Shown here: in pieces, positions 26,980 to 39,877 of the stretch
How positions within the stretch are numbered: the stretch's first letter is position 1
How the letters are laid out: each line of letters starts with the position of its first letter
Assembly (NCBI GenBank): GCA_021613535.1
Contig: CP075492.1
Coordinates: 1,054,001-1,118,000, forward strand
Source of the DNA: Adineta vaga
Lineage: Eukaryota; Animalia; Rotifera
Reading direction: 5' to 3'
DNA: 64,000 nucleotides
Made by a program: the position numbers and the translations under genes
Notes under the pieces: generated by a model
What the model was told of the DNA's origin: nothing
The model's input: the letters and a program-made list of their open reading frames with translations, nothing else
Databases searched by the model: none

Positions 26980-29900
26980 TTAAATTTCGTCGTTTTTCAT
27001 CAAAGGTATTCGATCAGCATCTAAATAGATCGATTTTTCAGTTTTAGTCGACGACCAACCACATAATTGCCGTATAATAAAGAATATAACGAAAATAGTG
27101 ATTAATATATAGCAGTTAACCTTAAAAATATCCCACCATGATGAATGATAATCGGATGGGACGAATTTTCCTGTCGTTGTCTCTGGTAAAAATGTTCTTA
27201 CGTTTCCATCAATACACCGTTGAATAGACGGATCATAACATATGCCGCCGCATACGTGAATCAGATTCTCTCCATAACGAGTATAATTCAAAAGCGTACC
27301 ATTACATGCTGTGTTATTATTAGCACACAATTGATATTCAAGAAGACAGTGTTGCTTACATACCCGGGATTGATGGCAGAGTGTGTTGTTCAGACATACT
27401 TGATCTTTAGGATTATAACATAATGATTGTGTGTAATACTGTGTGCCCCAACTGCTGTACCGTACAATGCATAAATCTTCATTCACACCACATAAAGTTC
27501 CATTGAAACATTTGTGGATTGATGAATTGTAACATGTACCAGAGCAGTTGTTATTATTAATGCACTGAATAGTACCATCAATGCATTCTTTATCTGCAAC
27601 GGTATAACACATACCATTGCATGATTTAATCGCAGGTGAAGTTGATTGATATGCATAAAACGACACTCCACTGGGAACGTTACATATTGTCTTATTATCG
27701 GTACACAATTGACCTTGTCGTTGACATTGTTGATCGCATACCAGAGATCGATCGCAGACGGTGTGGTTGAGACATGCTTGATTTCTAGGATTATAACACT
27801 GTGGTTTTGAATAGTACGATATATCCCATTCATAGTAGTTCACAGAGCACAAATCTTCATCCAGGCCACACAAAGTTTCATTCAAACATTTATGTGTTGA
27901 TGAATTGTAGCATGTACTCGAACAGTGGCTATTATTAATGCACTGAATAATATCATCAATGCATTCGTGAACATCCGGATCATAACATGTATCATTACAT
28001 GACTCATAGGTATTGAATCTAGGTTCGTGATTATAATAGGACCCTCCATTTCGTAACTGGCATATTGTTTTATTATTGATACACAATTGATTGTCTCGCA
28101 GACAACGTTGATCACATACTCGAGATTTGTAGCACATTGTGTTATTGAAACATGCTTTGTATTGAGACTTATAGCACACTGATTGTGAATCATAATGTCT
28201 GCCCCAACTGTCGTATTGTACAATGCATAAATCTTCATCCACACTACATAAAATTCCATTCAAACATTTGTGTGTTGATGGATCGTAGCATATACCGGAG
28301 CAGTTGTTATTATCAATGCACTGAATAGTACTATCAGTGCATTGTTCAACAGAAAGATCATAACATATACCGTTGCATGACTCAGTTGCATTTAGTTTGG
28401 GTCCGTGATCATAATACCATTGTCTGTTACGTGAGTTGCATATTGTTTTATTATTGATACACAATTGATTTTCGCGAAGACATTGTTGATCACAAACTTG
28501 AGATTGGTAGCAGAGTGCGTCATTCAAACACACTTGATATGTTGGATTGTAACACTGGTATGATGATAGGCCATTTGATCGACCCAGTTGATTGTATTTC
28601 ACATGACAAATGTCTACATCCAGACTACATAAAGTTCCATTGAAACATTTATGAGTTGATGAATTGTAACATGTACCGGAGCAATTGTTATTATGGGGAC
28701 ATTGGATGGTATCATTGACGCATTCATGAACCCCTGTGTTATAACATGTACCATTGCATGACTCAATAGCAGCTAATGTTGATAGGTAGTAATAATACCC
28801 GTAGCTGTCAGATACATGACATATTGTTTTATTGTTGATACACAGTTGATTTTCTTGAAGGCATTGCTTCTCACATACTTGAGAGTGTTGACAGACTGCG
28901 TTGTTGAGACACGCTTGATATGTCGGATTGTAGCACTGATATGATGATGGATAATGGGATTGGCTCCGTTCATTGTATTTCACGTAACACAAATCTTGAT
29001 CTAGACCACACAAACTCCATTCAAACATTTATGTGTTGATGAATTGTAGCATGTACCAGAACAGTTGTTATTATCAATGCACTGAATAGTACCATCAATG
29101 CATTGCTCAAGAGAATGAGGATAACAGATACCATTGCAAGACTCGTATTTATTTAACCCTTGCGAGTATCTATAATACGAAGTCCCGTTCCGTAACTGAC
29201 ATATTGTTTTATTATTGATACACAATTGATTTTCGCGAAGACATTGTTGATCACAAACTTGAGATTGGTAGCAGAGTGCGTCATTCAAACACACTTGATA
29301 TGTTGGATTGTAACATTGGTATGATGATAGGCCGTATGATTGGCTCAGTCGATTGTATTTCACATGACAAATGTCTACATCCAGACTACATAAAGTTCCA
29401 TTGAAACATTTATGAGTTGTTGAATTGTAGCATGTACCGGAGCAGTTATTATTGTCAATGCACTGAATAGTACCGTGAATACATTGTTCACGAAAGGAGT
29501 TATAACAGATACCATCACAAGACTGATATGTAGTCCATCCTGATTGTTCGTAATAATACGTGCTTCCGTTCCGTAACTGACATATTGTTTTATTATTAAT
29601 ACACAATTGATCGGCTCGACGACATTGTTCACCACATACGTCATATGGATCGCAAAGAGTGTTATTAAGACATGCTTGATATGTTGGATTGTAACAATTA
29701 TATATGGGCGTATCATTCACACTCGAAGAGTAAATGCTGTATTTAATAGTACATAACTGTTCATGCAATCCGCATAGTGTGCCATTTAAACATTGATGCG
29801 TATTTGGATTGAAACAATGATCTCCACAGACACCAAAACATTCTATCTTCCCTGTGGGAACAGTACACCTTTGCGTGAATGGATCGTAACAAGTGCTCCC

Positions 29901-30041
29901 GCCGCATAATAGTTGTAAATAGGGACAACTGATTACTGGTCCTGTCGTATTTGCACGATCGCTTAATGTATTTGAAATACCAAAAAGAGCAATCAAAATG
30001 CACACGTGTAGGCACCACTGCTGATCAGTCAGTGTAAGCAT
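26980..30041 (-). CDS. Type I membrane protein with ~7 tandem ~126-aa Cys-rich repeats; single 1-nt frameshift near 29015
   Basis: Signal peptide in ORF 29001-30041, TM helix near the end of ORF 26980-29028, ~380-nt periodicity. At the break AATGGAGT-TTGTGT lacks one base compared with AATGAAACTTTGTGT in a sister repeat. Confidence 0.8.
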
Positions 30042-30814
30042 GATTTACACCAAGTGTTTTTGTTACTATGATCGATGCGAAATGATTGTGCTGTCAAACT
30101 AAAAAACAAACTAGTTTTAGACAAAACGAATGGATAGGTCTAGCAGTAGTCGAATAGAATTTGTATCTTTCAAAATAGTATTTACTTTTATAAAAAAATT
30201 ATTTTCTCACAATCTTATAGATATAGCTTCAGTCACATCTACGTTTGATGCGGATTTTTTTTGTGTAAAAGTAAAAGGTTTCGTGTACCCAAAAATATCA
30301 TCTCTCACCTATACGCTGTTTGATGTAAAATGTCTTCTGATCATTTTTCGATTTTTTGCCTATTCGATACGTACACGGTTCACTAAATTTTCCAGTGAGT
30401 CAGATCTCCGACTTTTCTTCTTTTCTGTTTCATAAGAAAAATTTGTTTTTCGAAAGGTATATTGACGAGAGAAACGTGTCCTACCAGGTAATATCAATCG
30501 AAACAAATATAATATTCGATAGTGTAATTCTACTTCCGAGTAAAAAACAAGTCGCATTATGAATAAATTTTCATCGACGTAAAAAGCCGTGACGAAAAAT
30601 CGGAAGACGTGTATAAAGAGTAAGCGAGTAGCTCTTTACGAAATTGAAAAAGATTATCAGAAAGTAAAAATATTTCACTTCTATTCAGAACTCATTATAC
30701 ATAAGTCATTATGATGTGTCTAAAATATACCATTCACCCTGTTTCTTAAGATAATATTTGCGATACCATTACAAATCGATTGTATTCATCAATCTAGTAA
30801 ATGCATATTGGGAA

Positions 30815-30871
30815 TTGAGGGTGTGGGCATGGGTGGGTATTACATCTATCTAACTCCCACACCGACACCCT
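30815..30871. repeat. Telomere-repeat hairpin element (spacer type A)
   Basis: ttgagggtgtgggcatgggtgggt-attacatctatctaact-cccacaccgacaccct. Confidence 0.88.
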
Positions 30872-31136
30872 TCTTATATTCGACAGAAAGATAGTTAAAA
30901 AAGTTAGGATTTGTTCATTCTGTTCAATTTGAATACATTTTTGAAGAAATGTATGAATAAATCGATATGTAATCCATCGAAACATCGCTCGTTCATATGG
31001 ATATGACATACATTGAAGAATTTCATCGAAATTCCATCGATTTTGATCGCCATAAACATAGTTAACAATCGCTCGATGTATTGTCTCTTCATGATTTACT
31101 TTCTGATTGATCCATTTCTTACTGTCTATCATCAAT
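30870..31136 (-). pseudogene. 267-nt orphan copy of an internal HECT-ligase exon segment (homologous to 18765-19031)
   Basis: LMIDSKKWINQKVNHEETIHRAIVNYVYGDQNRW...LSNIR matches the 2219-aa ORF; about a dozen substitutions, no indels. Confidence 0.92.
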
Positions 31137-31479
31137 CTCGCAACTAGAGGAAGCTGAAGTGAAATGTTTCTGGCGTCTAATTCATATTTGTCGAATTTCA
31201 TCCTAGTCGAGAGTATCGGGTTCGATTTTAATTTAACTTTAATACCTTCTATTACCTTATTTACTTTGGTTTATCTTTTGTATTTTGAAATAAACTTACC
31301 ATTCGAATTGACCAAAGTGAGCCTACTCAGACTTGTTGTTAATCGATTGAGTTCAGGCATTCTTTGCATTACTAAGTGACACAAGTAATGAAGTGGTGTT
31401 TCTATGAAATTCAACAATACATGAATATAGTTAAATGTGTTAGACAGACCAAAGGATATCTGTATTTGTATGCCATACT

Positions 31480-31872
31480 TTATTTAGTCATTGACTTCAG
31501 TTGATTCGCACATGATAAACGAGCAAGAATTGTCGGGAGATTGACAGATTCACCTAAAAGCAAAGTTAATGAACGAAGATTTTTCATTTGTTCAATTTGG
31601 ACAGATTTCAGAAACAATTCTATTTGCTCGCATGATCGAACAGAATCTGATAGTTTGAGTGAAAGTAGTTGCTCATGTCGTACCGTGCGACATAAATAAT
31701 CAAATGCGTATCTAGGCACGAACCGCATGTCAACCCGGACAGGATATTGGGTTAATGCAATATTGAATCGATGTGTAAGATCAGTAAATACACAAAACAA
31801 TTCAGAGACTGATAGACTGTCAAAAACTTCGTAGAGAATTTCGGTAGAGAGAAACTCCAAACACGAACTCAC
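31480..31872 (-). pseudogene. F-box-like gene fragment
   Basis: CLEFLSTEILYEVFDSLSVSELFCVFTDLTHRFN F-box-like motif; no ATG (GTG); hairpin element 10 nt upstream; early stop. Confidence 0.6.
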
Positions 31873-31882
31873 GGCTCCAGGC

Positions 31883-31936
31883 TGGGTGTGGGTGGGTTAA
31901 GAGTATAGCCTGCGACCAACACCCACACCCTCAAGA
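31883..31936. repeat. Telomere-repeat hairpin element (spacer type C, inverted relative to 22217)
   Basis: tgggtgtgggtgggt-taagagtatagcctgcgaccaac-acccacaccctcaaga. Confidence 0.9.
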
Positions 31937-32041
31937 ATTCTTTTTTAATGATTGAAAAAATTTTACATCATCATTGTTTTTTTTTCTCATGTAAAAGTTA
32001 AACGACATTTCGTCGATAGAAAAACAAGTTGATTAAATTTA

Positions 32042-33739
32042 TTAAACAGTCGCCAATGCTTGAATTTCCATATTTGTTAATTCTCGTGAATAAACTCTCA
32101 TTTCGTCGATTTTTCCACGAAATTGATTAGGAACTATTCGAGTTTCGCCATTGCTACACCATATAATTGGAGTGCATGTTCCAATAGACATTATATTCCA
32201 TGATCCACTTGCTCCGTGACTATGACTGGAACTAGTCGAGTTAATCATAGTTCCATTGATAAAGAGACGAAGTCCATTTGTAGTTGAAAAAGTTGCTGCC
32301 ACATGAATCCATATGTTCAAAGGTATAGCAAACGAATTCGAAGCGACGTTGTAAAATACTGTACCACTCCATGTCTGTGTAGCAAGATGATTACTACTAT
32401 CAAAGCCAAGCATAGGTGACCACCAATCATTATTAATAGATAAAAGCTAAACATATGAATATGATTAGTAAAAAAAACAATAGATTAGAAAGAAATAAAA
32501 CCTGAATAATAGTTCCATTGATTGAAAAAGGATAAATCCAAAGAGAAAATGAATATGGATAATTTGATTGACCAAGACGATAAAAACTTGTTGATTGAAA
32601 AAATGAATAATTTGAATTAATAAGAAGAGCTTGATTAACTCGACCATTGACATCAAATTGAACATTTGTACCACTATTATTATGAATTTTATTTGGACCT
32701 GAATCAAAGAATGAATTATCAAATTTATAGTAGACAACAAGTGTTGCTTCTTCAAGAAGTTCATTGGCACTTTTTACACGCGGTACAAAATTTAATTGAT
32801 CCATATAAGCAAATGGATTTGGATACATATACGTATAAGGTGATGCACCAATCCATATTTGACTTGCATTACCTTGATAAATACCTGTTGATGATAATAT
32901 TCCATCAAGTTGTCCATTAAGATAAACACTTTGTGTCAAAGTAATTCGATCATAAATATATGCAACATGATACCAAATATCACTTGTTACAAATGAATTT
33001 CCTGTAATATTATTGTTATTTAAAGAAAAGAAAAGTTTACCATATCGTACACTCATATATAAACAATTATTATTATTTATATTCTCGCAATGAGTAAAGA
33101 TTACAAATTCGGATGTATTTAATGGCATATTTGATAATAATCGAATCCATGTGGAAACAGTGAAACTTGTATCAATGAGTTCCAATGTATAAGGAACAAT
33201 AATATAAGTTTTGTTAACAAAATAGGCAGCCATTCCATTTCCACTGTAGTCTGGTGATATCCATTGAATATTACCATTAGTTGATATTCCATGATAATTA
33301 CCTAAACTATCGTTGAGATTTCCATCGAATAGCCATTGAATATTTGGTTGTTGACGAATAGTACCTAAAAAGAAAGAAAAGAAAAATATTTTTATATCTG
33401 TTCGAAATTAGTTTAATTTCAATTACTTGATATAGTTCTATTGATAAAACTTAAAATACTTGCATTGATTTCAAATGTTGCCAGTTGCAAATGTGTTTTG
33501 TTTAGTTTTGTTGAGAATAATGAACAATTTTGATTAGTTCCAATATAAGTAGCTGTGAGACAAGTTTCATTAGCAAAACATTGACAGATACATTCGTATT
33601 GTGAATTAACGAATAATTGATTAATAACTTGATAATTTACACCAACAATTAATTTAGCATTTTGATATTTAACGAAAGGTATTGCTGATACAAATAGTTG
33701 ATATATCGGTAATAAAAGTATGACAAGAAATATCATCAT
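32042..33739 (-). CDS. Secreted PAN/Apple + tandem LamG (ConA-like) domain protein
   Basis: Signal peptide; ECICQCFANETC..Y..QNCSLF PAN motif; two LamG units (WYHVAYIY..VYLNG; WIHVAATF..LFING..IDEMRVYSREL); in-frame GT-AG introns 33365-33426 and 32447-32501. Confidence 0.85.
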
Positions 33740-34855
33740 AAAATAATTTTATTCGAAATGAGAATATGTTTGTTTTTTCTTAATGAAATGAGTATGACGT
33801 CTTTGTAAAATAGTATATAAAAGTAAGATGAATATCAAGATAACCGTACTTACTTTGATGAGTACTTGGAATTTTATTGAAATTATAAAATAGGACAATA
33901 GAATGTACTAAAATATTTATTTCCTTGAAAATAATATTTTAAATCTAATTCTTAAATAATAAAACAAATGATTAGTTATAAAATTTGACTAAAATTTTTC
34001 TGTATATAGTTGACATAGTATTTGTCAAAATAATCAAATACATATGCATCAATATATTCAATATAAGTTCCTGTTTTTATCATTAAAATTTAGAGCAGAA
34101 AGAAGGTGCAATTTTTGACACTCTTCAAAATATGATAATGAACAAAACTCTTAATGAATTTCAATGATTGAAAATTCTTACTAAATAAAAAAAAAAGAAA
34201 TTTAAAAGTTCCCGTAATTGCTCTCTTTCTCTCTCACGAGCAGATAGAAGAAATATTATATAGAGAATATAGTGACCTATTACTAAGTGAAGAAGCAATA
34301 TAATTAAAAGGTTCTACGAAATGCAACGATATTCTATCGATTGAAAGTATGGATGGAGTGTGAATTTGTATCAAGGTTAGAAATAAATATCCTTACTCTC
34401 AAAGAAAGTGATTGTAAATGAATGTTATCATAGATAAAGAAAATTTAAACTATAAAAATAATATCGAAATTATGATCATAAACAATTTCATAATAATGAA
34501 TTCACTGAAACTCCAATACACTGTTGAAATTATAAAATGAGAACGATAATGGAAGGTAAGTTTCGTGATATAATTTTTCATCTTTGTCGTATAACGTTCA
34601 GAAAAGTGTATCATTTATTAGTGTTTTTGCATTCACTTTTTGTGTTCTGTATGATATCTACGAGACATCGCATAGGATGGTGACGATGTAGAAATATCAA
34701 TTAAATAGAAGAATTATATTTTACGCGTGCGCACTTACTTTTATGCTTTTCATTGATTCATTCTGTATAGTTTAAAGAACATTACACATATTTATTGAAA
34801 ATTTTTAATAAACAATGTATTTACAAGTTTACGACTTAATCACTGAATATTGTTT

Positions 34856-35752
34856 TCATTTGAATAATGTCTTGGATTGTTCAATAAATGCTTTTACTTT
34901 CGCATCATTATCGCTAATTTGTGGTAGTTTTTTACCATCTTGATAAAATGCACCGTTTTCTAATTCATTTGCTGGCGTATTGATTACATACACAATAGAA
35001 TCAGCACCGATTGCTGCTGATCGAGCATTAGCAGCATTATTACTAAGGTCGGTGGCACAAAAACCAGGACATACAGAATAAATCGATAAGTTTTTGTCAT
35101 GACAGTATTCACGTGCCTCAATTCGAGTAAGAGCAATCAATGCAGCTTTGGAAACAGTATATGCTGGATAAGGTATCTCAGAAGGATACCCAAGATGTTC
35201 CAGATTATGAGATTCGTATGCTGAAAGAAAATCTTGAACAATATGATCAAGTTCTTGTGTCGTTAATGTTGGTAATGTATATTTTTCTTGAAGTTCTTTT
35301 GAAAAAAGATACAATCCCAGTGGACCAGCACCACTAGCAACATTAATGACACGACCCTGCTCACGTAATAGTGGAATTAACTGTTCATTAATCATTTTAA
35401 CACCATAATAATTAGTTGCAAACGTTGATTTAGCTCCTTCAATCGAATTATCATTTGTTATTATCGCAGCATTATTAATTAATATATCTAAATGTCCATT
35501 ATATTTCTGTTTAATTTCTTTAGTAGCAGCAATAATACTTTCTTTTGATGATGTATCCAATTGTAATAAATGTACATTTGGTGGAGAACCCAATTTGTGA
35601 ATTGCATCTTGACCACGTTTGATATCTCGACTACCGAGAAGAATAATATCATTGGTTTTCGAAGAAGATTGTTGAAGAAATTTCTTCACAACTTCAAAAC
35701 CAATACCTTTATTTGCTCCAGTCACTAAAATTACACGTTTTTGCTCTGTCAT
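34856..35752 (-). CDS. Short-chain dehydrogenase/reductase, carbonyl reductase (CBR1-like)
   Basis: TGANKGIG, LINNAA, YTVSK catalytic motif, VCPGFCATDL. Confidence 0.92.
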   Translation of the reverse strand: MTEQKRVILVTGANKGIGFEVVKKFLQQSSSKTNDIILLGSRDIKRGQDAIHKLGSPPNVHLLQLDTSSKESIIAATKEIKQKYNGHLDILINNAAIITNDNSIEGAKSTFATNYYGVKMINEQLIPLLREQGRVINVASGAGPLGLYLFSKELQEKYTLPTLTTQELDHIVQDFLSAYESHNLEHLGYPSEIPYPAYTVSKAALIALTRIEAREYCHDKNLSIYSVCPGFCATDLSNNAANARSAAIGADSIVYVINTPANELENGAFYQDGKKLPQISDNDAKVKAFIEQSKTLFK

Positions 35753-35931
35753 CGTGCACGTCTTGTTTACCGAAATGGTTGCGCACTGTGAGACACATCG
35801 TTCTTATATAGAAAGAAAGTAAACGTAACGAACCGTATGTAAAAATACTTTCTGTTCGCTCGTTCGCTTTGGATGAAAGTGTCGTCCACATCCTCCTCAC
35901 TCAAGGTCAAGAAAATCAAATCTGAGATTTG

Positions 35932-35995
35932 TTTGAGGGTGAGTGTGGGTGTGGGTTTGGGTATATCTTCTTCACCCACACCCACCCTCAAGATG
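35932..35995. repeat. Telomere-repeat hairpin element (spacer type B)
   Basis: tttgagggtgagtgtgggtgtgggtttgggt-atatcttcttc-acccacacccaccctcaagatg. Confidence 0.92.
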
Positions 35996-36148
35996 CAGAT
36001 ATTAATGAAATGATCGAACGAGGTAATGATAAACATAAAGAGTTCGTCGTTCAATAGCGACACAACCATTTAGCCAAGTATCGAGATATACGAGAATTTT
36101 AAAAAGTGGTTCAATTATGATACAACCAACTCGATAAAAAGATATATT
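35996..36148 (-). pseudogene. Orphan class-A GPCR TM3 fragment between two hairpin elements
   Basis: Translates NISFYRVGCIIIEPLFKILVYLDTWLNGCVAIERR (TM3 Cys and ER of the DRY-type motif). Confidence 0.7.
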
Positions 36149-36216
36149 CATCTTGAGGGTGGGTAAGGATGTCAGTGTGAGTCTAAATATTATATCCATC
36201 TCACAACCACACACTC
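36149..36216. repeat. Telomere-repeat hairpin element (diverged)
   Basis: catcttgagggtgggtaaggatgtcagtgtgagt-ctaaatattatatccat-ctcacaaccacacactc. Confidence 0.8.
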
Positions 36217-36882
36217 TACTCGCATTGTTTGTATTCATGAAACAAATATTTCACAGTATAAATATTTTCAACTTCTTTCACCAATTTATTATATTTTTCT
36301 ACATCCAAAGAATTAAAAAAAAAACACAATAATGACAAAAAATATAGTCAAGCACATATTTGATCAGAAAATCATTTCAACAAATTTTCTTTTGATAATG
36401 TGTTTATAATTGATGTTAAGTTGTTCATTATTTATTTATTAAGAGAAATTCGGTTCCTCTATATTAAAAATGTTTTTATTCATTCTTTCGTTTCACAGTG
36501 ATATGTTCTTGTCAAATTTCACTAATAAAATGTGTATATCTGACCTCGGTCACGTCAGGCACTAATTCACACCCATACCCTAAAAAAAGCACATTACCAA
36601 ACATTCTTCGCCTTTGCTTATCAGAACGAGGAGATATGTAATGTAAAATAACAGAAGAAAGAAACAAAAACATCTGACTCTTTTGCTTCTGCATTTTAAG
36701 TCTTGCATACGGACTGATAACTGTTAGATTCTTAAAGGTAAGACAAAAACGTGTGTATTTCGCTGATTTAAAATAGAATAGTTCTTTTCTAGAACTCAGA
36801 ACTAGTATTCCTCATTACATCATTCAGTGGAAATTTCATTCGCTAAATCGAATTGTTTGAAAAAGAGAAAAGAAAATCCATT

Positions 36883-38026
36883 AATGACTGCAAATGATCA
36901 TGGACATATTAGTAAGTGTAATCAAATTCAATGGGATTTATTCAATCATTTCTGCTTAGATAATCTTGATAGATCGCAGACAGATGCTCTCAAAGAGTTC
37001 TGGATAGCTCTGACTAAAGTCATCAGCACGGAAATGTTAGTGCCCATCGACCAGATCGTCAATTCTATTTATGGTGCTGAATTGATTTCTGCAATTGGGT
37101 ACGATAATCCAGATACATTTTTACTTCGACGACTTCGTATATCCAAATGGAACATCGCCTCTGCTGTTAAGATGGTAATAGACATGCTTGAATGGCGACA
37201 GAAGTGGGGCGTGCAAGCACTCTTAGCCAAGGGCGAAAGTGCTATTTCTTATGAAGAAATTACAACAGGCAAAGCATATTTTATGGGTCGTGATAAAGTT
37301 GGTCGTCCAATACACTATGTTCATGCAAAGAGCCACATCAAAGGTCAGTTTCCTATCGAAGCCACTGAGAAATATGCTGTCTGGACTATTGAAGCAGGTC
37401 GCAAGTTAGTTCTCCCTCCAGCAGAGTCAATCATTGTCATTTTCGATCTGGCTGGTTTTGGTGTAAGAAACATGGACATTCAACATGTGAAATTTTTTAG
37501 CACACTCGTGGAGAATCATTATCCAGATTCACTTGGTATCGGTTTGGTTATTAATGCGCCTTGGTTATTCAGCAGCTTTTGGACTATCATTAAACAATTG
37601 TTGGATCCGGTTATTGTAAACAAAATTCGCTTCGTCAAAAGTGAAGCTGAAATAGCTGAGTTTTTCGATCCTAGGAATCTTCCAAAACGAATGAATGGTA
37701 ATCAACCTGATTTCCAGTATATGGCACCAACAGCTGAAGACGAAGTTTTGATGACTACTTTGCGTGCCGATACTCTGGGCAAAGAGAATGCTCAAGCAGC
37801 CCATAGTGAAACTGCCCGACATTATTTAAATGTCACCCTGCAGTGGGCAAACGGTGATGAAAGTCAAAGTTTACTCGAGGAGAGGACGCAAGTCACAAAG
37901 CAACTTCACGATACATTCGAACAACTGGTACCTTACATAAACACTCGTACTCATTATCATCGTACTGGGGATATCGATGAGCCCATTTTTAACATAACAT
38001 ACAATCGTATTCGCTCAGAAAACTAA
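36883..38026 (+). CDS. CRAL-TRIO (Sec14-family) lipid-binding protein, CSR1-like; intronless
   Basis: PDTFLLRRLRISKWN, GRDKVGRPI, IFDLAGFGVRNMD, HYPDSLG, NAPWLFSSFWTIIKQLLDP; C-terminal LVPYINTRTHYHRTG. Confidence 0.9.
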
Positions 38027-38559
38027 GTGCTGCTCGTATATCAATAATAAAAGATTCTTTGTTCTTGTCATGATAAAATGCGGAAGAAAGGAAAGAGACG
38101 GCAGGTAGCTGGAAGTCTATGCGTATTAATGTGCTTATCGCACAGAAGAACATTAATCATATAGGGGAAGATAAAGAAAAATATACCCGACATGGGATTT
38201 TTATTAATGAAGAAAACTCCAGCTCATCATTCATCGTCAAAGTATACATAGAGATCCAGAAGGAGAGACCTTCATTCAATTTATTCTTACAACAGAAGTC
38301 ACCAGTAAAAACTAATTTTGTTGAGCATGACCCTCCTTTTAGTCGACGGAAAAAGAGAAAAGAACTGAAATAAAAATAATATTGATAGGAATATATCGTT
38401 TTATGGAACAATCTATTCAAAATAGTTGACAGGTAAAGCAGACCAAATAATCACTCTAAACAGTACTCATGAAAAAGCATGATCATTGCAAAGCGTGGAA
38501 AAAGATAATATTTACAATGAAGAATGAGGTTGAAGAATTCCGGTCAAAGTATTATAGCT

Positions 38560-39876
38560 CCTATGGATTAACAAAACTAACAAGACCGACACCCATGGTT
38601 ACGACTGAAAATGATCCTGTTACATTTTGGTTGTATGTTGTTACAATCAAAACGTACTCTCCTACAGCCCGAAGAAGAAGTGTGAGCATGAACTGATTGC
38701 TACCTCCACTATTATCATCTGATGCAAATTGATTTCAGATTGGAGATGAGGAGTCGAAAGTGTTGTTCTACATATATCCATATCTATCCATAGTGCTAGA
38801 GCTTAAAAACATATATGTTCCACTTGTGGACACGTTAAGTTGAATGGCTTGATAAAAGTATGTTGATGTTGGACAAGTATCTCTATGACAGAATGACGGA
38901 CTACTAGGAGTCAAAGTTGATGAACTACTGTACCTAGTCACACAAAAATAAACAAAAGATGATTATTGCATCATACTGAAATTGTGCATAATTACGACAG
39001 TGTTCATATTAAATAAACAGAACTGATCATATCTAAGGTGAATCTTATGTGAGAGCATATTGGTTTCAAGCAATAAATTCATGATCATGCACAAGGCATA
39101 TAAAAATGACTTAAACTAATCAAAAGAGTGTGAAACCGATCAAAGACTTCCTTCAAAATCCTTATAAACCGTTCAGATTTCTCTATATTAACAACTTGAA
39201 TACTTACTTGTTATATCAACTGGAACAAAACTAATCGAATCAGGACCTAATCCAATGAGTGAAAAGCTTCCCGTGATAGTCTTCTCATATGTCGTTACAA
39301 CCAAAATATAGTTTGTCACGTCTTGAAGGACATTTCTGAACATGAACTGCTGATTGCCTGCAGAGTCATCGTCCGACGACAGCAAATGTTGATCTGGATC
39401 TTCAGGATTGAAAGTATTATTGTATAGATAGCCATATGTATTGACGGTACTATTGCAAAACATAATATAAATTCCTGTCGTTGATACACTGATTTCAATG
39501 GCATGATAATAAAAGAATGATCCTGCCAAAGCCGTCGGTCGAGTATATGACTGACTATATATAGTCAAAGATGATAAGTAATCCGATTGTATCGTTGATG
39601 AATTGACTAGTGATAGTTCAATTGAAGAAAACGGTTATGAGTAGAATTTAGACTTTAAAGTTTTTCGGTATCCGACTAGACGTAATACTTGAATGTGAGT
39701 GCAAACTGCCGAGTGAGTATCAGTGATGATCGTGAAATATCTTTTAATATCGAACCGTTCCATCACTCTCTGTACAACTCAAAAATTTCTTACTGAGTAG
39801 ATTGCTTACTTGGTACAAAACTAATCAAATCTGGATCCAATCCAATGATTGAAAAGTTCCTCGTGACGCCAGCATA
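38560..39876 (-). pseudogene. Fragment of a multi-exon gene with repeated beta-sandwich (PPC-like) modules YYxAIxxxVSTxGxY...DTYGYLY...SDDDSAGNQQF
   Basis: Intact module 39188-39600; copy with stop and frameshift ~38560-38935; truncated module end 39800-39876. Confidence 0.6.
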
Positions 39877-39877
39877 A

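Noticed and set aside
29001-29028. Programmed frameshift in the Cys-rich gene
   Set aside because: A simple 1-nt deletion relative to sister repeats with no slippery site; mutation or sequencing error is more likely.
27220-29716. Alternative-frame and antisense ORFs overlapping long genes
   Set aside because: Shadow frames of repetitive coding sequence with no independent motifs.
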